Numbered from the stretch's first letter, positions 33,401 to 46,917 are shown. The stretch is 64,000 nt of DNA from Roseibacillus sp. (GCA_965242925.1 CBDEUM010000014.1:448001-512000); one strand, 5' to 3'. Numbers and translations: made by a program. The notes: generated by a model not told the origin, from the sequence alone.

Positions 33401-34147
33401 TCATTCCCCCGGAGGGCCGCCCGCAGGACCACCACTTCGAAGGGAGGTCTCGAAGCGCCGGGGCTCTCCCGTCAGTTCGGGCCGCTCCTCGAGGTAGGTC
33501 CAGGTGACATTCCCGTTCCTCACTCTCACGCTGCTACGGCTCATGGTCTGCGCATCCGACCGCAGCATCCTCGGAGTGAAGGGAGATGGATTGTCCTCGG
33601 TATCGGAATGATACAGCCCCAGCAGGTCGCTTCCCATGCGCTGGGCACAGCACAACTCCTGGAAACGACGACGGCGGGCGATCCTGACCTCGGCGTAGTG
33701 AAAAGAGGACGAGCAGAGCGGTAGCTCGGGAATGCGATCGACCGTCAGTTCCCTGCCGTTCCAGGTCCAGGACCGTTCTCCCACCGGATCGAAGCCTACT
33801 ATCCTGAAGGGCCACACTCCTTCCAGCTCTTCGAGGCGGAGCCGCTCCTCCACCGCGGGCACGTTCTCCAGCGCGGCCATCTCCATGACGACCTGACCCC
33901 GGCTCCGGGCCGGCATTATCCCTTCCGCTTCCTCATGCCAGCGATTGAGGAGACAGACCAGCAATCCCCGCTCATTGACCAGCATCCAGGTTCCCCCGCC
34001 ATCGGGATCGATCGGAGCAAGAAAAGAAACGCCTTCCCGCTCGCGCAATCGCGGAGGCTCGGCCATCGCTCGCGTCTTCCTTTCGTCGCGGTTAAAGTAG
34101 ACCTCGTAGGATCCCGCAGATTCCCGCCACCAAGTCAGGGTGCACAT
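33401..34147 (-). CDS. NRDE/TANGO2 family protein (Ntn-hydrolase-like)
   Basis: N-terminal MCT, FNRDE, APIDPDGGGTW, CLLN, SRG. Confidence 0.9.
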   Translation of the reverse strand: MCTLTWWRESAGSYEVYFNRDERKTRAMAEPPRLREREGVSFLAPIDPDGGGTWMLVNERGLLVCLLNRWHEEAEGIMPARSRGQVVMEMAALENVPAVEERLRLEELEGVWPFRIVGFDPVGERSWTWNGRELTVDRIPELPLCSSSFHYAEVRIARRRRFQELCCAQRMGSDLLGLYHSDTEDNPSPFTPRMLRSDAQTMSRSSVRVRNGNVTWTYLEERPELTGEPRRFETSLRSGGPAGGPPGE

Positions 34148-34350
34148 TCTTCCGGTTCCCCCTCCGCCTGCCACTTCTCGTTCTTGTCCTTCCCGACCGG
34201 GCAGCACTGAGCGCTCAGTCAGGTGGGAATCCCCGCGGCGGGCAGAATCCACAACTGCACGGCGAGGTAGAGCCCTGCCACCCCGAGCCCCAGGGCAAAC
34301 CCGCCCAAGGCGCTACCGGTCCTGGTGCTCTCTTCCTGTCTGGTCTTCAT
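34135..34350 (-). CDS. Small single-TM protein with an in-frame UGA (34219-34221); candidate selenoprotein
   Basis: MKTRQ...LAVQLWILPAAGIPT-UGA-LSAQCCPVGK...ECAP*. Without readthrough the ORF is 34219-34350. Confidence 0.5.
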
Positions 34351-34411
34351 CTTATCAGGGGTTGGCTTCCTCCCCGGTGTCGGTTCTCCTGGAGTTACCG
34401 CTGCCCTGCAG

Positions 34412-34440
34412 AGCATAAGCCGCTCTTTCCGCCATTTCAA
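34412..34440 (-). promoter_or_regulatory. Sigma70-type promoter for the small UGA ORF and NRDE gene
   Basis: TTGAAA-N17-TATGCT on the minus strand. Confidence 0.6.
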
Positions 34441-34649
34441 CCATCTCCATCCGCAAACCGGGTCGGTCCCATCCCGGAAGGCTGTCCGTTACCACATGCA
34501 ATTTCCCCGGATCGTCACCCCCGGAGCGAATCTCCCGTCCATCCGCCTTCATCCCGTCGCCGGAGGAAACAGACCGTTCGGCCAGTTCAGACAATTTGCC
34601 TTCCCTCTCTCATTGCCATCCTCCAACGCGCTCCCTAGCCTCACTTTTC

Positions 34650-35627
34650 ATGAAAAGACTCCCGGCCACACTTCTGTTTCTCGCCACCTTTTCGGCGCCT
34701 GCTGTGCTGGCCCAGCATCAGCACTTTGAGAACTTTGAATGGCGTGAACGCCTCACCGATCACTTTGCTCTTCGCGCCAAGAGCACCAACCACGATCCGG
34801 CCCGCAGATATGCCGAGAAAGTCTGGGACGAGTGTGTCCACGTCATGCCCGGACTTGAGGAGGACTTCAGCAAGAACAAATTCCGCACTCCCGGCGGCGC
34901 CTCGGGCGCGGATACCGCGCCCTATCGCTTTACAGTCTATCTCATCGGCTCGGGTCTCGATTACACCACCGTCCTCGAGCAGCAGCAGAGACGCAGCGGC
35001 TGGGATGCCAACCAGGTCCAGTCCTGCAGGATCACCCGTAACTACGGGGATCCACAGAATCGCTACCGGGTCCTCTGCAAGGCCGACCCCGAGAAATCAG
35101 CCGGGGGCGAAACTGATCTTACCCCTGTCTTCGTTCACGGCACCGCCGCCACCATTCTGGAAGGCCGGGGATTGACCGGAAACCTGCCCTTCTGGATGAC
35201 CGCGGGCTGGGGCTACTACGTCGAACACCGCATCTTCCGCCTCTGCCGGGTCCACTACATCGACTTCAAGACCTACTACGCGAACGAGAAGGCTGACTTC
35301 AAGCGGGGTGCCACGCTCGAACCGAACGAGGACTGGCCGGGTCCGTTGAAGAAAATGTGTAAAAAGGACATCCGGGAAACCCTCGATGCCGTCTGCAAGG
35401 CGGAAATCCTGACCCTCACCCCCAACCAGTCCGGCTACATCTTCGCCCTGACCTATTTCCTCGTCGGCAACGACGAAAACATCGCGAAGTACCGCAAGCT
35501 CGTCGAGCGTGCCCGCCAGGGAGAGACAATCACAAAAACCGTTCTTCTGGCCACCTACGGTTACGAGGACGACGCCGCGCTGGAAGCGGACTGGTACGAG
35601 TTCATGGAGAGCCGGCATTTCAAGTAA
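34650..35627 (+). CDS. Secreted hypothetical protein; gluzincin/DUF1570-like fold with degenerate metal motif
   Basis: Signal peptide; VFVHGTAA...LPFWMTAGWGYYVE resembles HExxH...PxWxxEGxAxYxE. Confidence 0.65.
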   Translation: MKRLPATLLFLATFSAPAVLAQHQHFENFEWRERLTDHFALRAKSTNHDPARRYAEKVWDECVHVMPGLEEDFSKNKFRTPGGASGADTAPYRFTVYLIGSGLDYTTVLEQQQRRSGWDANQVQSCRITRNYGDPQNRYRVLCKADPEKSAGGETDLTPVFVHGTAATILEGRGLTGNLPFWMTAGWGYYVEHRIFRLCRVHYIDFKTYYANEKADFKRGATLEPNEDWPGPLKKMCKKDIRETLDAVCKAEILTLTPNQSGYIFALTYFLVGNDENIAKYRKLVERARQGETITKTVLLATYGYEDDAALEADWYEFMESRHFK

Positions 35628-35629
35628 CC

Positions 35630-36520
35630 GTGCGCAGGTTCCCTTTTCCCGTCGTCCTGGCCCTCGTCTCGGCCCTGGCCCCTCCCGCGGCGCCGGGGCT
35701 CCCCGAGCCGGACTCAAAGGAATGGACCTACCTCGAAAATGAGTCATTCCGACTGGGTGTCCACCGTGCTTCGGGAGCCACCATCGGATATCTCTCCCGC
35801 CGGGAATCCACCGAAAACATTCTGAATCACTACGACCAGGGGCGCTTCATCCAGCAATCGTATTACGGCGACGCCGATGGCTCCCGGTGGAAGGGCAAGC
35901 CATGGCGCCTGAATCCCGTGCAGGGAGGGTCCTTCCAGGGGACCCGACCGAAACTGCTGGAGCTCACCTCAGGAAAAACCCACCTCTATAGCAGGTCCCT
36001 TCCCCTTCACTGGGCCACCGGACGACTTCTCCCTGAATTTGAGCTCGAGCAATGGATCAAGCTTCATCAGGCGCACATCCATCTTCGCTTCCGCATGACC
36101 TATCGAGGGGAACACACCCATGCGGCGCGCCACCAGGAACTTCCGGCGGTATTTGTCAACCCGACCTTCGGGGAACTTGTCTTTTATGGAGGCCGGGAGC
36201 CCTGGACCGGAAAGCCTCTTACGCGGGTGAACCCGGGACCCGGAAATGCCTATGCGGATCTCTCTGAACACTGGGCCGCCTATCTCAACAAGGATGGGTT
36301 TGGACTGGGGGTCTTCGTCCCCATCGCGAGGCGCATGACCTACTAACATTTCACGGGAGCCATGAATTCAAGTTGTTCCTACCTCGCCCCGATCAAGACC
36401 TTTGCCCTCAAGCCGGCCCTCCAGGTCGACTACGATGCCTACCTCTGCCTCGGATCCGCCTCCGAGATCCGTTCCCGCTTCACGGCCTTGCAGTCAGGGC
36501 GGCCCAACACCATCAGATAG
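35630..36520 (+). pseudogene. Secreted hypothetical protein interrupted by an in-frame TAA at 36344-36346
   Basis: Frame continues after the stop as HFTGAMNSSCSYLAPIKTFALKP...DYDAYLCLGSASEIRSRF with coding-like codon usage to TAG 36518-36520. Confidence 0.6.
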
Positions 36521-36563
36521 CCGTCGTTCTGCGCGCACCGGCCCTTCCAGAGGACACCCCTGC

Positions 36564-39500
36564 CTAGTAGTATTCCTGCAGCGGAGTCACCTTGAACTCG
36601 CGCCGCTGAAGGGAGCGAATGGCATTCACACTGGCCTCCGCCGCCGCAAGGTTCGTACAGTGGCTGACCTTGTTGGCCACCGCCGTGCTGCGGATGGCCA
36701 CTTCATCAGCCCGTGATTCATGGCTGCTCGGCGTATTCACGACGAATTGGATTTCCCCGTTCTTCATCATGTCCAGGACGTTCGGACGCCTGCGCTCGGC
36801 CAGCTTGTAGAGCCGCTTGGCAGGCACGCCGGCCTCTGCCAGTTTTCGGAAGGTTCCCCCGGTCGCATAGAGAGTGAACCCGGCCTCCACGAACTGGGAG
36901 GCAATAAGAGGGATCGTTTCCTTATCTCGATCGCTGACTGAAATGAAGACATTCCCCTCCATGGGCAGCGGATTGAACGCGCTTATCTGGCTCTTGGCAT
37001 AGGCCATCCCCAGATCCTCATCGATTCCCATCACCTCGCCGGTGGACTTCATCTCTGGTCCCAGAACGATGTCGATGCCCGGAAAACGGGGCCAGGGAAA
37101 GACCGCCTCCTTGACGTTGTAGTGAGAGGGAATGATCCGTCTGGTGAGCCCGAGATCCGGCAGCTTCTCTCCCACCATGATCTTGGCCGCCAGTTTAGCC
37201 AGGGGCACCCCGATGGCCTTTGAGACGAAGGGAACCGTCCGGGAGGCCCGGGGATTGACCTCAATCACGTAAAGCTCGCCATCCTTGACCGCGAACTGGA
37301 TGTTCATGAGTCCCCGTACTTCCAGTTCCCGCGCCAGGTTGATAGCGGCCTCTTCGATCTCTTTCTCGACTTTCTCCCCCAGACTGAAGGTGGGAATCAC
37401 GCAGGCGGAATCCCCCGAGTGCACCCCGGCGGGCTCGATGTGCTGCATGATCGCGCCTACCACCGTATTCTCGCCATCGGAGATACAATCGACGTCCACC
37501 TCGATGGCCCCGTCGAGGAAACGGTCCACCAGAACCGGGCGTTCCGGCGAGGCATCCACTGCTTCCCGCATGTAACGGCGCAGTTCGTCATCGTCGTATA
37601 CGATCATCATGGCACGTCCGCCCAGCACGAAGGACGGGCGCACGAGCACGGGATAACCGATCCTTCCCGCAATCCCGACCGCCTCATCTTCCGAGACCGC
37701 CGTTCCCGCCTCTGCCTGCTTCAGTCCGAGCCTGTCAAGCAGCGCGGAGAAGTGTTTGCGATCCTCCGCCAGTTCGATCGACTGCGGCGAGGTGCCGATG
37801 ATCGGCACGCCGTGACGCTCCAGATCGGCGGCGAGGTTGAGCGGGGTTTGCCCGCCAAACTGCACGATCACACCATCGGGTTTCTCCTGGTCGCAGATGT
37901 TGAGGACATCCTCCAGGGTAAGCGGCTCGAAGAAGAGCTTGTCGCTGGTGTCATAATCGGTGGAGACCGTCTCCGGATTTGAGTTCACCATGATGGTCTC
38001 ATAGCCCAGTTCCTTCAGGGCGAATGAGGCGTGCACGCAACAGTAGTCGAACTCGATCCCCTGGCCGATCCGGTTGGGCCCTCCCCCGAGAATCATGATT
38101 TTTTTCCGGTCCGACTCCTGGGCTTCGTTTTCGTCACCGTAGGTGGAGTAGTAGTAGGGCGTATAGGCCTCAAATTCAGCCGCACAGGTATCAACCAGCC
38201 GATAGGTCGGCAGGATTCCCACTCCCCTGCGTTTTTCCCGCACGGAATCTTCCGTTTCTCCGCGGGCGGTGGCGATCTGTTGATCCGAAAAGCCGAGCTT
38301 CTTGGCACGCCGCAGGTCGAGATCGGCAAGATTGGCCCCCTCGTCGGCGATTTCCTTGAGATGGGAGAGGAACCAGCGGTCGATCTGCGTCGACTCAAAC
38401 ACATCCTCCACGCTCCAGCCGTGCTCAAAGGCCGCCTTGATCCAGTAAATGCGCTCGCTGTTGGGCACATGCAGTTTCCGCTCGATGTCCTCCCGCGAGG
38501 GATCATCCGGATCCTTTCCGTCGTTGCCGAACCCGAACCGGCCGGTCTCCAGTGAGCGCAGGGCCTTCTGCATGCTCTCCTTGAACGTCCGCCCGATGCT
38601 CATGGCCTCGCCCACGGACTTCATCTGGGTGGTGAGCACGGGATCCGCGTTGGGGAACTTCTCGAACGTGAAACGGGGAATCTTGGTGACAACGTAGTCG
38701 ATGGTGGGTTCGAAGCTGGCCGGGGTTTTCCGCGTGATGTCATTGGGCAGTTCATCCAGGGTGTAACCCACCGCCAGCTTGGCGGCAATCTTGGCAATCG
38801 GAAACCCGGTGGCCTTGGAGGCCAGGGCCGAGGAACGCGACACCCGGGGATTCATCTCGATGACCACCACCCGCCCGTCCTCGGGATTCACCGCGAACTG
38901 GATGTTTGATCCACCGGTCTCCACCCCGATCTCCCGGATCACGGCGAATGATTGATCCCGCATGATCTGGAATTCGCGATCAGTCAGCGTCTGGGCGGGA
39001 GCCACCGTGATGGAATCCCCGGTGTGCACACCCATGGGATCCAGGTTCTCGATGGAACAGATGACCACGCAGTTGTCGGCGCGGTCACGCATGACCTCCA
39101 TCTCGAATTCCTTCCAGCCCAGCAGGCTCTCCTCGATCAGCACCTCCGTCACCGGAGAGAGGTCGAGTCCCCGTGCCACGATCGTTTCAAATTCCTCCTT
39201 GTTGTAAGCGATGCCGCCACCACTGCCTCCGAGGGTGTAGGCGGGACGGATGATGAGCGGGAAGTCTCCAATTTCTTCCGCCACCTTCCGGGCATCCTCC
39301 ATGGCGTGCACCACCCCGGACTGCGGCAGATCCAGACCTATCCTGAGCATGGCCTCCTTGAACAACAGGCGATCCTCTCCCTTCGCGATGGCATCGGCGT
39401 TGGCGCCGATCATGCGCACGTTGAGCTCCTTCAGCGTTCCATTGTGCCAGAGGTCCATGGACGCATTGAGAGCCGTCTGTCCTCCCAGGGTCGGCAGCAG

Positions 39501-39755
39501 GGCATCCGGTTCTTCCTTCTCGATGATCTTGCGGATGACCTCCGGGGTGATCGGTTCGATGTAGGTCCGATCCGCAAATTCCGGATCGGTCATGATGGTG
39601 GCCGGATTGGAATTCACCAGTACCACCTCGTATCCCTCTTCCCGCAGGGCCTTGCAGGCCTGCGTGCCGGAATAATCAAATTCACACCCCTGACCGATCA
39701 CAATCGGTCCTGATCCAATCAACAGGATTTTCTGTAGGCTCTCGTCCTTTGGCAT
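36564..39755 (-). CDS. carB: Carbamoyl-phosphate synthase large subunit
   Basis: [41 protein letters not shown]-terminal MGS domain. Confidence 0.98.
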   Translation of the reverse strand: MPKDESLQKILLIGSGPIVIGQGCEFDYSGTQACKALREEGYEVVLVNSNPATIMTDPEFADRTYIEPITPEVIRKIIEKEEPDALLPTLGGQTALNASMDLWHNGTLKELNVRMIGANADAIAKGEDRLLFKEAMLRIGLDLPQSGVVHAMEDARKVAEEIGDFPLIIRPAYTLGGSGGGIAYNKEEFETIVARGLDLSPVTEVLIEESLLGWKEFEMEVMRDRADNCVVICSIENLDPMGVHTGDSITVAPAQTLTDREFQIMRDQSFAVIREIGVETGGSNIQFAVNPEDGRVVVIEMNPRVSRSSALASKATGFPIAKIAAKLAVGYTLDELPNDITRKTPASFEPTIDYVVTKIPRFTFEKFPNADPVLTTQMKSVGEAMSIGRTFKESMQKALRSLETGRFGFGNDGKDPDDPSREDIERKLHVPNSERIYWIKAAFEHGWSVEDVFESTQIDRWFLSHLKEIADEGANLADLDLRRAKKLGFSDQQIATARGETEDSVREKRRGVGILPTYRLVDTCAAEFEAYTPYYYSTYGDENEAQESDRKKIMILGGGPNRIGQGIEFDYCCVHASFALKELGYETIMVNSNPETVSTDYDTSDKLFFEPLTLEDVLNICDQEKPDGVIVQFGGQTPLNLAADLERHGVPIIGTSPQSIELAEDRKHFSALLDRLGLKQAEAGTAVSEDEAVGIAGRIGYPVLVRPSFVLGGRAMMIVYDDDELRRYMREAVDASPERPVLVDRFLDGAIEVDVDCISDGENTVVGAIMQHIEPAGVHSGDSACVIPTFSLGEKVEKEIEEAAINLARELEVRGLMNIQFAVKDGELYVIEVNPRASRTVPFVSKAIGVPLAKLAAKIMVGEKLPDLGLTRRIIPSHYNVKEAVFPWPRFPGIDIVLGPEMKSTGEVMGIDEDLGMAYAKSQISAFNPLPMEGNVFISVSDRDKETIPLIASQFVEAGFTLYATGGTFRKLAEAGVPAKRLYKLAERRRPNVLDMMKNGEIQFVVNTPSSHESRADEVAIRSTAVANKVSHCTNLAAAEASVNAIRSLQRREFKVTPLQEYY

Positions 39756-39821
39756 TCGGCTTCGCTGGCCTAAACTTTCGTTTTACTGCCAAGCCCCCGG
39801 CCTGTGGTCAAGCCCGGCGGG

Positions 39822-39860
39822 AAAAAAAGAGACCCCCCCAACCCGAGTCCGCCTCTTTTT
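39822..39860 (-). terminator. Probable terminator of the atp operon
   Basis: Minus strand AAAAAGAGGC...GTCTCTTTTTTT hairpin with U tract. Confidence 0.5.
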
Positions 39861-39929
39861 CAAGGGGTTTGTGAGCAACCCGTCCCCCCCTGAAATCCCC
39901 TCCGGGGAGGGCAACTCGATCATCGGGCC

Positions 39930-40346
39930 CTAAATCTGTCGGCGCTTCCGCTTCAGCTTGAGCTGGGCCATCGACTTGCTGATGGCGGTCTGGAGAGCGG
40001 CCACTTCCTCCGCATTCTCACTGTGGTCGATATTGGAAAGGGATTCCTCGGCCCGCTTCATGGCCTCCTCAACCTTGGCCTCATCAATTTCGGCATCTGT
40101 CACCGCGAGATCGGTGAGGACGGTGACCTTCTCCTGGGTCACTTCCACAAAGCCCGCCCCGATGGCCAGTTCCTCGACCTTGCCATCTACGAGATAACGC
40201 AGTTCGCCGGGGTTGATCCCGGTCACCAGAGGCACGTGGCCCGGCAGGATTCCCAGCTCCCCTTCCGTCCCCGGCAGGTAGACGTTTTCGACTTGGCCCG
40301 AGAAGAACTTCTTCTCCGGAGTCACTATATCGAGAACCAGTGGCAT
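39930..40346 (-). CDS. atpC: ATP synthase F1 epsilon subunit
   Basis: LDIVTPE, GELGILPGHVPL; operon position. Confidence 0.96.
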   Translation of the reverse strand: MPLVLDIVTPEKKFFSGQVENVYLPGTEGELGILPGHVPLVTGINPGELRYLVDGKVEELAIGAGFVEVTQEKVTVLTDLAVTDAEIDEAKVEEAMKRAEESLSNIDHSENAEEVAALQTAISKSMAQLKLKRKRRQI

Positions 40347-40394
40347 TTCCTTATAATCGGTAGCTGAAAATTTATGACCGTCCCCACAGAGGGG

Positions 40395-42825
<2,431 letters not shown>

Positions 42826-42912
42826 TCTTCAGTTAACCGTGAGGGTCTGTTATCAGTTGGGTTGCCTGTCCTGTGATTTTCCCGGCAGGGTTCCCCTCCC
42901 GGCTTGATGTCC

Positions 42913-44445
42913 TCAACTCCAGGAAGCCTTGAAATCCTTGATGGCCGTCTCGAGGCCGCCCACCACGTCGTCGGTGAGAGCCTTTTCGTCGAGGATGAGC
43001 TGGAGGAGATCGGCCTTGCGGGTGGTCAGGAACTCCTCAAGCGCCTCCTGGCACTCCTTGATGCGCTTCACTTCCACGTCATCAAAGTAGCCGTTCTGCA
43101 TGGACCAGAGAATGGCGACCTCCAAATCGAGGCCCATCGGGCTGTACTGGTTCTGCTTGAAGAGTTCCACGATACGCTGGCCACGCTCGATCTTAGCCTT
43201 GGTGGCATCATCGAGGTCGGAGCCGAACTGCGCGAAAGCCTGCAACTCGCGAAACTGCGCGAGATCGAGCTTGGTCGTTCCGGAAACTTTCTTGATCGCC
43301 TTGGTCTGAGCGGCCGATCCCACCCGCGACACTGACAGACCCACTGAGATGGCAGGACGGATCCCCTGGTAGAAGAGGTCGGTCTCAAGGAAGATCTGGC
43401 CGTCCGTGATCGAGATCACGTTGGTTGGGATGTAGGCGGACACGTCCCCAGCCTGGGTCTCAATGATGGGCAGGGCGGTGATCGATCCCCCACCTTCCTT
43501 GTCGGAAAGACGAGCGGAGCGCTCGAGAAGACGGCTGTGCAAGTAGAAGACGTCGCCGGGGTAGGCCTCACGACCGGACGGGCGGCGAAGGATGAGCGAA
43601 ACCTGGCGGTAGGCCACGGCCTGCTTGGAAAGATCATCGTAAACGATCAGGACATCCTTGCCCTGGTCCATGAGATACTCCGCCATGGCGCAACCGGCGT
43701 AGGGCGCGAGGAACTGGTTGGCGGCGGAGTCGGAGGCAGCCGCCGCCACGATGATCGTGTTGTCCATGGCGTCGGCCTTCTCGAGGGTCGAGATCGTCCG
43801 TGCGATGTTGGACTGCTTCTGGCCGATCGCGACGTAGACGCAGTAGAGCGGCTTGTGATCCTTGAGCGTCCCTTCCTTCGCCGCCTTGTTCTGCTGCGCC
43901 TGCGAAATGATGGTGTCCACCGCGATGGTGGTCTTGCCGGTGGAGCGGTCACCGATGATGAGCTCGCGCTGGCCGCGCCCAATCGGGATCATGGCGTCGA
44001 TTGCCGCGATCCCGGTCTGCACCGGAACACTCACGGATTTCCGCTTGATGATGCCCGGCGCGATCTTCTCCACCGGATACTGAGTGTCGGACTCGATCTC
44101 GCCCTTGCCATCGACCGGGCGTCCCAGGGCGTCCACCACCCGACCGAGGAGTTTCTCCCCCACCGGCACCGAGAGGAGCTTGCCGGTGGTGTGGCACTCG
44201 TCGCCTTCCGCGATGTGCTGGGAATTACCGAGCATCACGACCCCGACTTCACCTTCCTCGAGGTTCAGCGCGAGTCCGAAAAGGTTGCCCGGAAACTCGA
44301 TCATTTCGTTGAGTTGGGCTTCGCTCAGTCCTTCGACCTTGGCGACGCCATCTCCGATTTCCCGCACGGTCCCCACGTTGGTCTTGGCGACCCCGGCGGA
44401 GACATTTGCGATTTCCTGTTCCAGTTCCTGAAGGATGTTGCTCAT
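42913..44445 (-). CDS. atpA: ATP synthase F1 alpha subunit
   Basis: [34 protein letters not shown]. Confidence 0.99.
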   Translation of the reverse strand: MSNILQELEQEIANVSAGVAKTNVGTVREIGDGVAKVEGLSEAQLNEMIEFPGNLFGLALNLEEGEVGVVMLGNSQHIAEGDECHTTGKLLSVPVGEKLLGRVVDALGRPVDGKGEIESDTQYPVEKIAPGIIKRKSVSVPVQTGIAAIDAMIPIGRGQRELIIGDRSTGKTTIAVDTIISQAQQNKAAKEGTLKDHKPLYCVYVAIGQKQSNIARTISTLEKADAMDNTIIVAAAASDSAANQFLAPYAGCAMAEYLMDQGKDVLIVYDDLSKQAVAYRQVSLILRRPSGREAYPGDVFYLHSRLLERSARLSDKEGGGSITALPIIETQAGDVSAYIPTNVISITDGQIFLETDLFYQGIRPAISVGLSVSRVGSAAQTKAIKKVSGTTKLDLAQFRELQAFAQFGSDLDDATKAKIERGQRIVELFKQNQYSPMGLDLEVAILWSMQNGYFDDVEVKRIKECQEALEEFLTTRKADLLQLILDEKALTDDVVGGLETAIKDFKASWS

Positions 44446-44491
44446 GGGAGGGAGGATTGAATTTGAAGGGGAAAGGGGTGGAGGAGAGTTA

Positions 44492-44884
44492 TTAGAAGGA
44501 GTTGGCGAGTCTATCGAGGCGGGTCTTCACGCTGCCGTCCCAGACGTCGTTGCCGACACGCACGCGCATCCCGCCGAGGAGGCCGGGATTGATCTTAAAT
44601 TCGAAGGAGAGGTCGTCGCCATACTTCTCGGCGAGACTGCCCTTCACCCGGTCCTGCGAGGCGGCATCGAGAACCTCGGCGCTTTCAACCAGGACCTGGC
44701 GCCGCTCCATTTCGAGGCGGGTCAGGCGCTTCAGTTCGTGCAGGATGGCCTGCCAGCCGCGGGGCTTCGCTTCCGCGACTTTCTTGAATACCGCGCGAAG
44801 CTTGTCATCAACCACGCGATCACCCTCCACGCACATGCGGAAGGCACGGCGGGCGGTGGTGGCAGCTTCGCGGGAAATTTTCAT
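44492..44884 (-). CDS. atpH: ATP synthase delta subunit (short form)
   Basis: [22 protein letters not shown]; position between atpF and atpA. Confidence 0.92.
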   Translation of the reverse strand: MKISREAATTARRAFRMCVEGDRVVDDKLRAVFKKVAEAKPRGWQAILHELKRLTRLEMERRQVLVESAEVLDAASQDRVKGSLAEKYGDDLSFEFKINPGLLGGMRVRVGNDVWDGSVKTRLDRLANSF

Positions 44885-44902
44885 GCCGGTTTGCCTCGTT
44901 TC

Positions 44903-45463
44903 CTAGCTGTCGACCTCGGCGAGGGCTTCTTCATTGATGCGCTTCTGGTCCTCGTCGGTCAGGACCTTGCCGGTGACCTGGGCGGTGGTAGAGGCCACCA
45001 GGCGCCCGAATTCCTTCTTCAGGGCCGCATGCATCTTGTCGCGCTCGCTCTTCGCGGCCTCCTCGGCCTTGGCCAGGATGGCCCTCGCTTCCGCCGCCGC
45101 TTCCTGAGCCTTCTTGTCTCCGATGGCAACCGCGCTCTCCTTGGCCTCCTCCACCAGGCGCTTGGCACGCTCGTTGGCTTCCTGGATGGCCTCCTGGGTG
45201 CGCTTTTCGCTGGCTGCGATCTGCTCCTCCACCTCTGCGAGCTTGGCCTCCCCATCGGCGATCCGCTTGCGGCGCTGCTCAAGGAGGTTCATGACCGGTC
45301 CGTAGGCGAACTTCTTGAGGACGAGGCAGACGATGAGGAAATTGACCAACTGACAGAACAGGGTCCACCAGTGGATCTGGAAAGTCTTGGTGATGGTTTC
45401 GACTATGCCGCCGTCGGCAGCCTCGGTCTCTGCCGCGAGGATCAGGATGTTGTCGAAAGGCAT
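44903..45463 (-). CDS. atpF: ATP synthase F0 subunit b
   Basis: QLVNFLIVCLVLKKFAYGPV followed by a coiled coil. Confidence 0.95.
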   Translation of the reverse strand: MPFDNILILAAETEAADGGIVETITKTFQIHWWTLFCQLVNFLIVCLVLKKFAYGPVMNLLEQRRKRIADGEAKLAEVEEQIAASEKRTQEAIQEANERAKRLVEEAKESAVAIGDKKAQEAAAEARAILAKAEEAAKSERDKMHAALKKEFGRLVASTTAQVTGKVLTDEDQKRINEEALAEVDS

Positions 45464-45499
45464 GGTGGAAAAGGGATTGGGAACGAATGGTCGAGGGGA

Positions 45500-45528
45500 G
45501 AGGACGCTCCCGGGCGGGGAGCGTCCTC
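45500..45528. other. Strong 12-bp stem-loop between atpE and atpF
   Basis: GAGGACGCTCCC-GGGCG-GGGAGCGTCCTC, no U tract. Confidence 0.75.
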
Positions 45529-45537
45529 CTGAAACCC

Positions 45538-45786
45538 TCACTTCACAAGGAAGAGAGCGATGAAGATGATCCCCTCCGCCAGGGCGGCGAAGATGATCGC
45601 AATCGTCATGATCTGTCCCTGGGCCCCGGGATTACGGCCCACGGCTTCGGTGGCTTTCGCGCCAACCAGGCCCACGCCGATTCCGGCACCGGTACCTGCA
45701 AGGCCGACGTGAATCTTCCCTTCCATCGCGGCCAGGAGGTCGAAGATGAAAGGAACGCTCGCAAGGAGTTGCATCAGGCTGTCCAT
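45538..45786 (-). CDS. atpE: ATP synthase F0 subunit c
   Basis: GAGIGVG, GRNP loop, ALAEG carboxylate. Confidence 0.96.
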   Translation of the reverse strand: MDSLMQLLASVPFIFDLLAAMEGKIHVGLAGTGAGIGVGLVGAKATEAVGRNPGAQGQIMTIAIIFAALAEGIIFIALFLVK

Positions 45787-45864
45787 TGTTCTGTTTTGTT
45801 TGGTTTGTTGCTTCTTTCGCCGGCCTCCACGGGGGTCCATGGTCCGACCGGCAGGAGTATCTGT

Positions 45865-46842
45865 TCAGGAACTTGGTTCCGCGGAGTTTGTCCCGGCCGG
45901 GGCTTCGTCGTGATCGTGGGCCTCGTCGCCGTGATCCTCCTCGTGATGCTCACACATGAGCTTGGTGAACACCGCGCAGAGCAGCGCGAAGACCAGGGCC
46001 TGCACGAAGCCAACCAGCAGTTCCAGGAAGTAGAAGGGAAGGGCCGGGAGCCACTGGAGCCAGTCCGGCAGGTTGAACATGGTCATCAGGATCTCCAGCA
46101 TACTCTCCCCGGCATACACATTGCCATAGAGTCGGAACATGAGGGCGATGGGACGCACCGCGATGGAGAGCACCTCGATCAGGCCAACGAAGAGGAAGAG
46201 CCCCCCCATCAGGATCAACATGATGCCCCTGAATTTCCCCCCCTTGGGGGCGAAGATATGCTTGATGAAGTTGACCGGGCCGATCTCGGTGAAGGACCAG
46301 TAGAACCAGAGGAGGAAGAAGGTCAGCGCCATCGCCATGGTGAGGTTCAGGTCGGCATTGGCACCCCGGAAGAAGGGCCGGAACTTGTCGTGCGCATCGA
46401 CCCCTTCCCCGCTCAATTCAAACCCAACCGTTCCGACCCCCGGAATGAGTCCGGCCCAGTTGGAGAAGAGGATCAGGATGAAGGCGGTGGCCAGGAACCA
46501 GAAGGTCCGCCTGGCGAGGTGTTCCCCCATGATCCCGGTGAAGAAATTGATCAGGCTCTCCACCAGCCATTCCACGAAGTTCTGAAGTCTCCCAGGGACC
46601 AGTTGGATCTTCCTCGTCGCCAGCCAGGAGACCAGGATCAGCACCGCGGCCACCAGCCAGACCATCACCATCGAATTGGTAATCGGGATTCCCAGTGGCC
46701 GGACAATTTCCTCCGCACCTGGGGGAAGTGCTTCATGTCCCCCACCTGCAGCCATGGCGCTCCCGGCTCCCAGGATCAGGAAGGTCAGCAGGGCACCCAG
46801 TCGCAAAAACTGGAGAGCTAAAACACGTGATATCGACGGCAT
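45865..46842 (-). CDS. atpB: ATP synthase F0 subunit a
   Basis: PGRLQN, NADLNLT, RPIALMFRLYGNVYAGE, ELLVGFVQALVF. Confidence 0.97.
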   Translation of the reverse strand: MPSISRVLALQFLRLGALLTFLILGAGSAMAAGGGHEALPPGAEEIVRPLGIPITNSMVMVWLVAAVLILVSWLATRKIQLVPGRLQNFVEWLVESLINFFTGIMGEHLARRTFWFLATAFILILFSNWAGLIPGVGTVGFELSGEGVDAHDKFRPFFRGANADLNLTMAMALTFFLLWFYWSFTEIGPVNFIKHIFAPKGGKFRGIMLILMGGLFLFVGLIEVLSIAVRPIALMFRLYGNVYAGESMLEILMTMFNLPDWLQWLPALPFYFLELLVGFVQALVFALLCAVFTKLMCEHHEEDHGDEAHDHDEAPAGTNSAEPSS

Positions 46843-46897
46843 GCGAAACAGGGACGGAGACGCCTATAAAGGTGGCCCCTGAACCGGGCAAGATGAA

Positions 46898-46917
46898 TTT
46901 GTGAAATCATTCACAAA
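46898..46917. promoter_or_regulatory. Rex (NADH/NAD+ sensing repressor) operator-like palindrome
   Basis: TTTGTGAA-ATCA-TTCACAAA equals the Rex consensus TTGTGAA-N4-TTCACAA; lies next to a minus-strand TTGCCC-N17-TATAGG promoter candidate. Confidence 0.75.
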
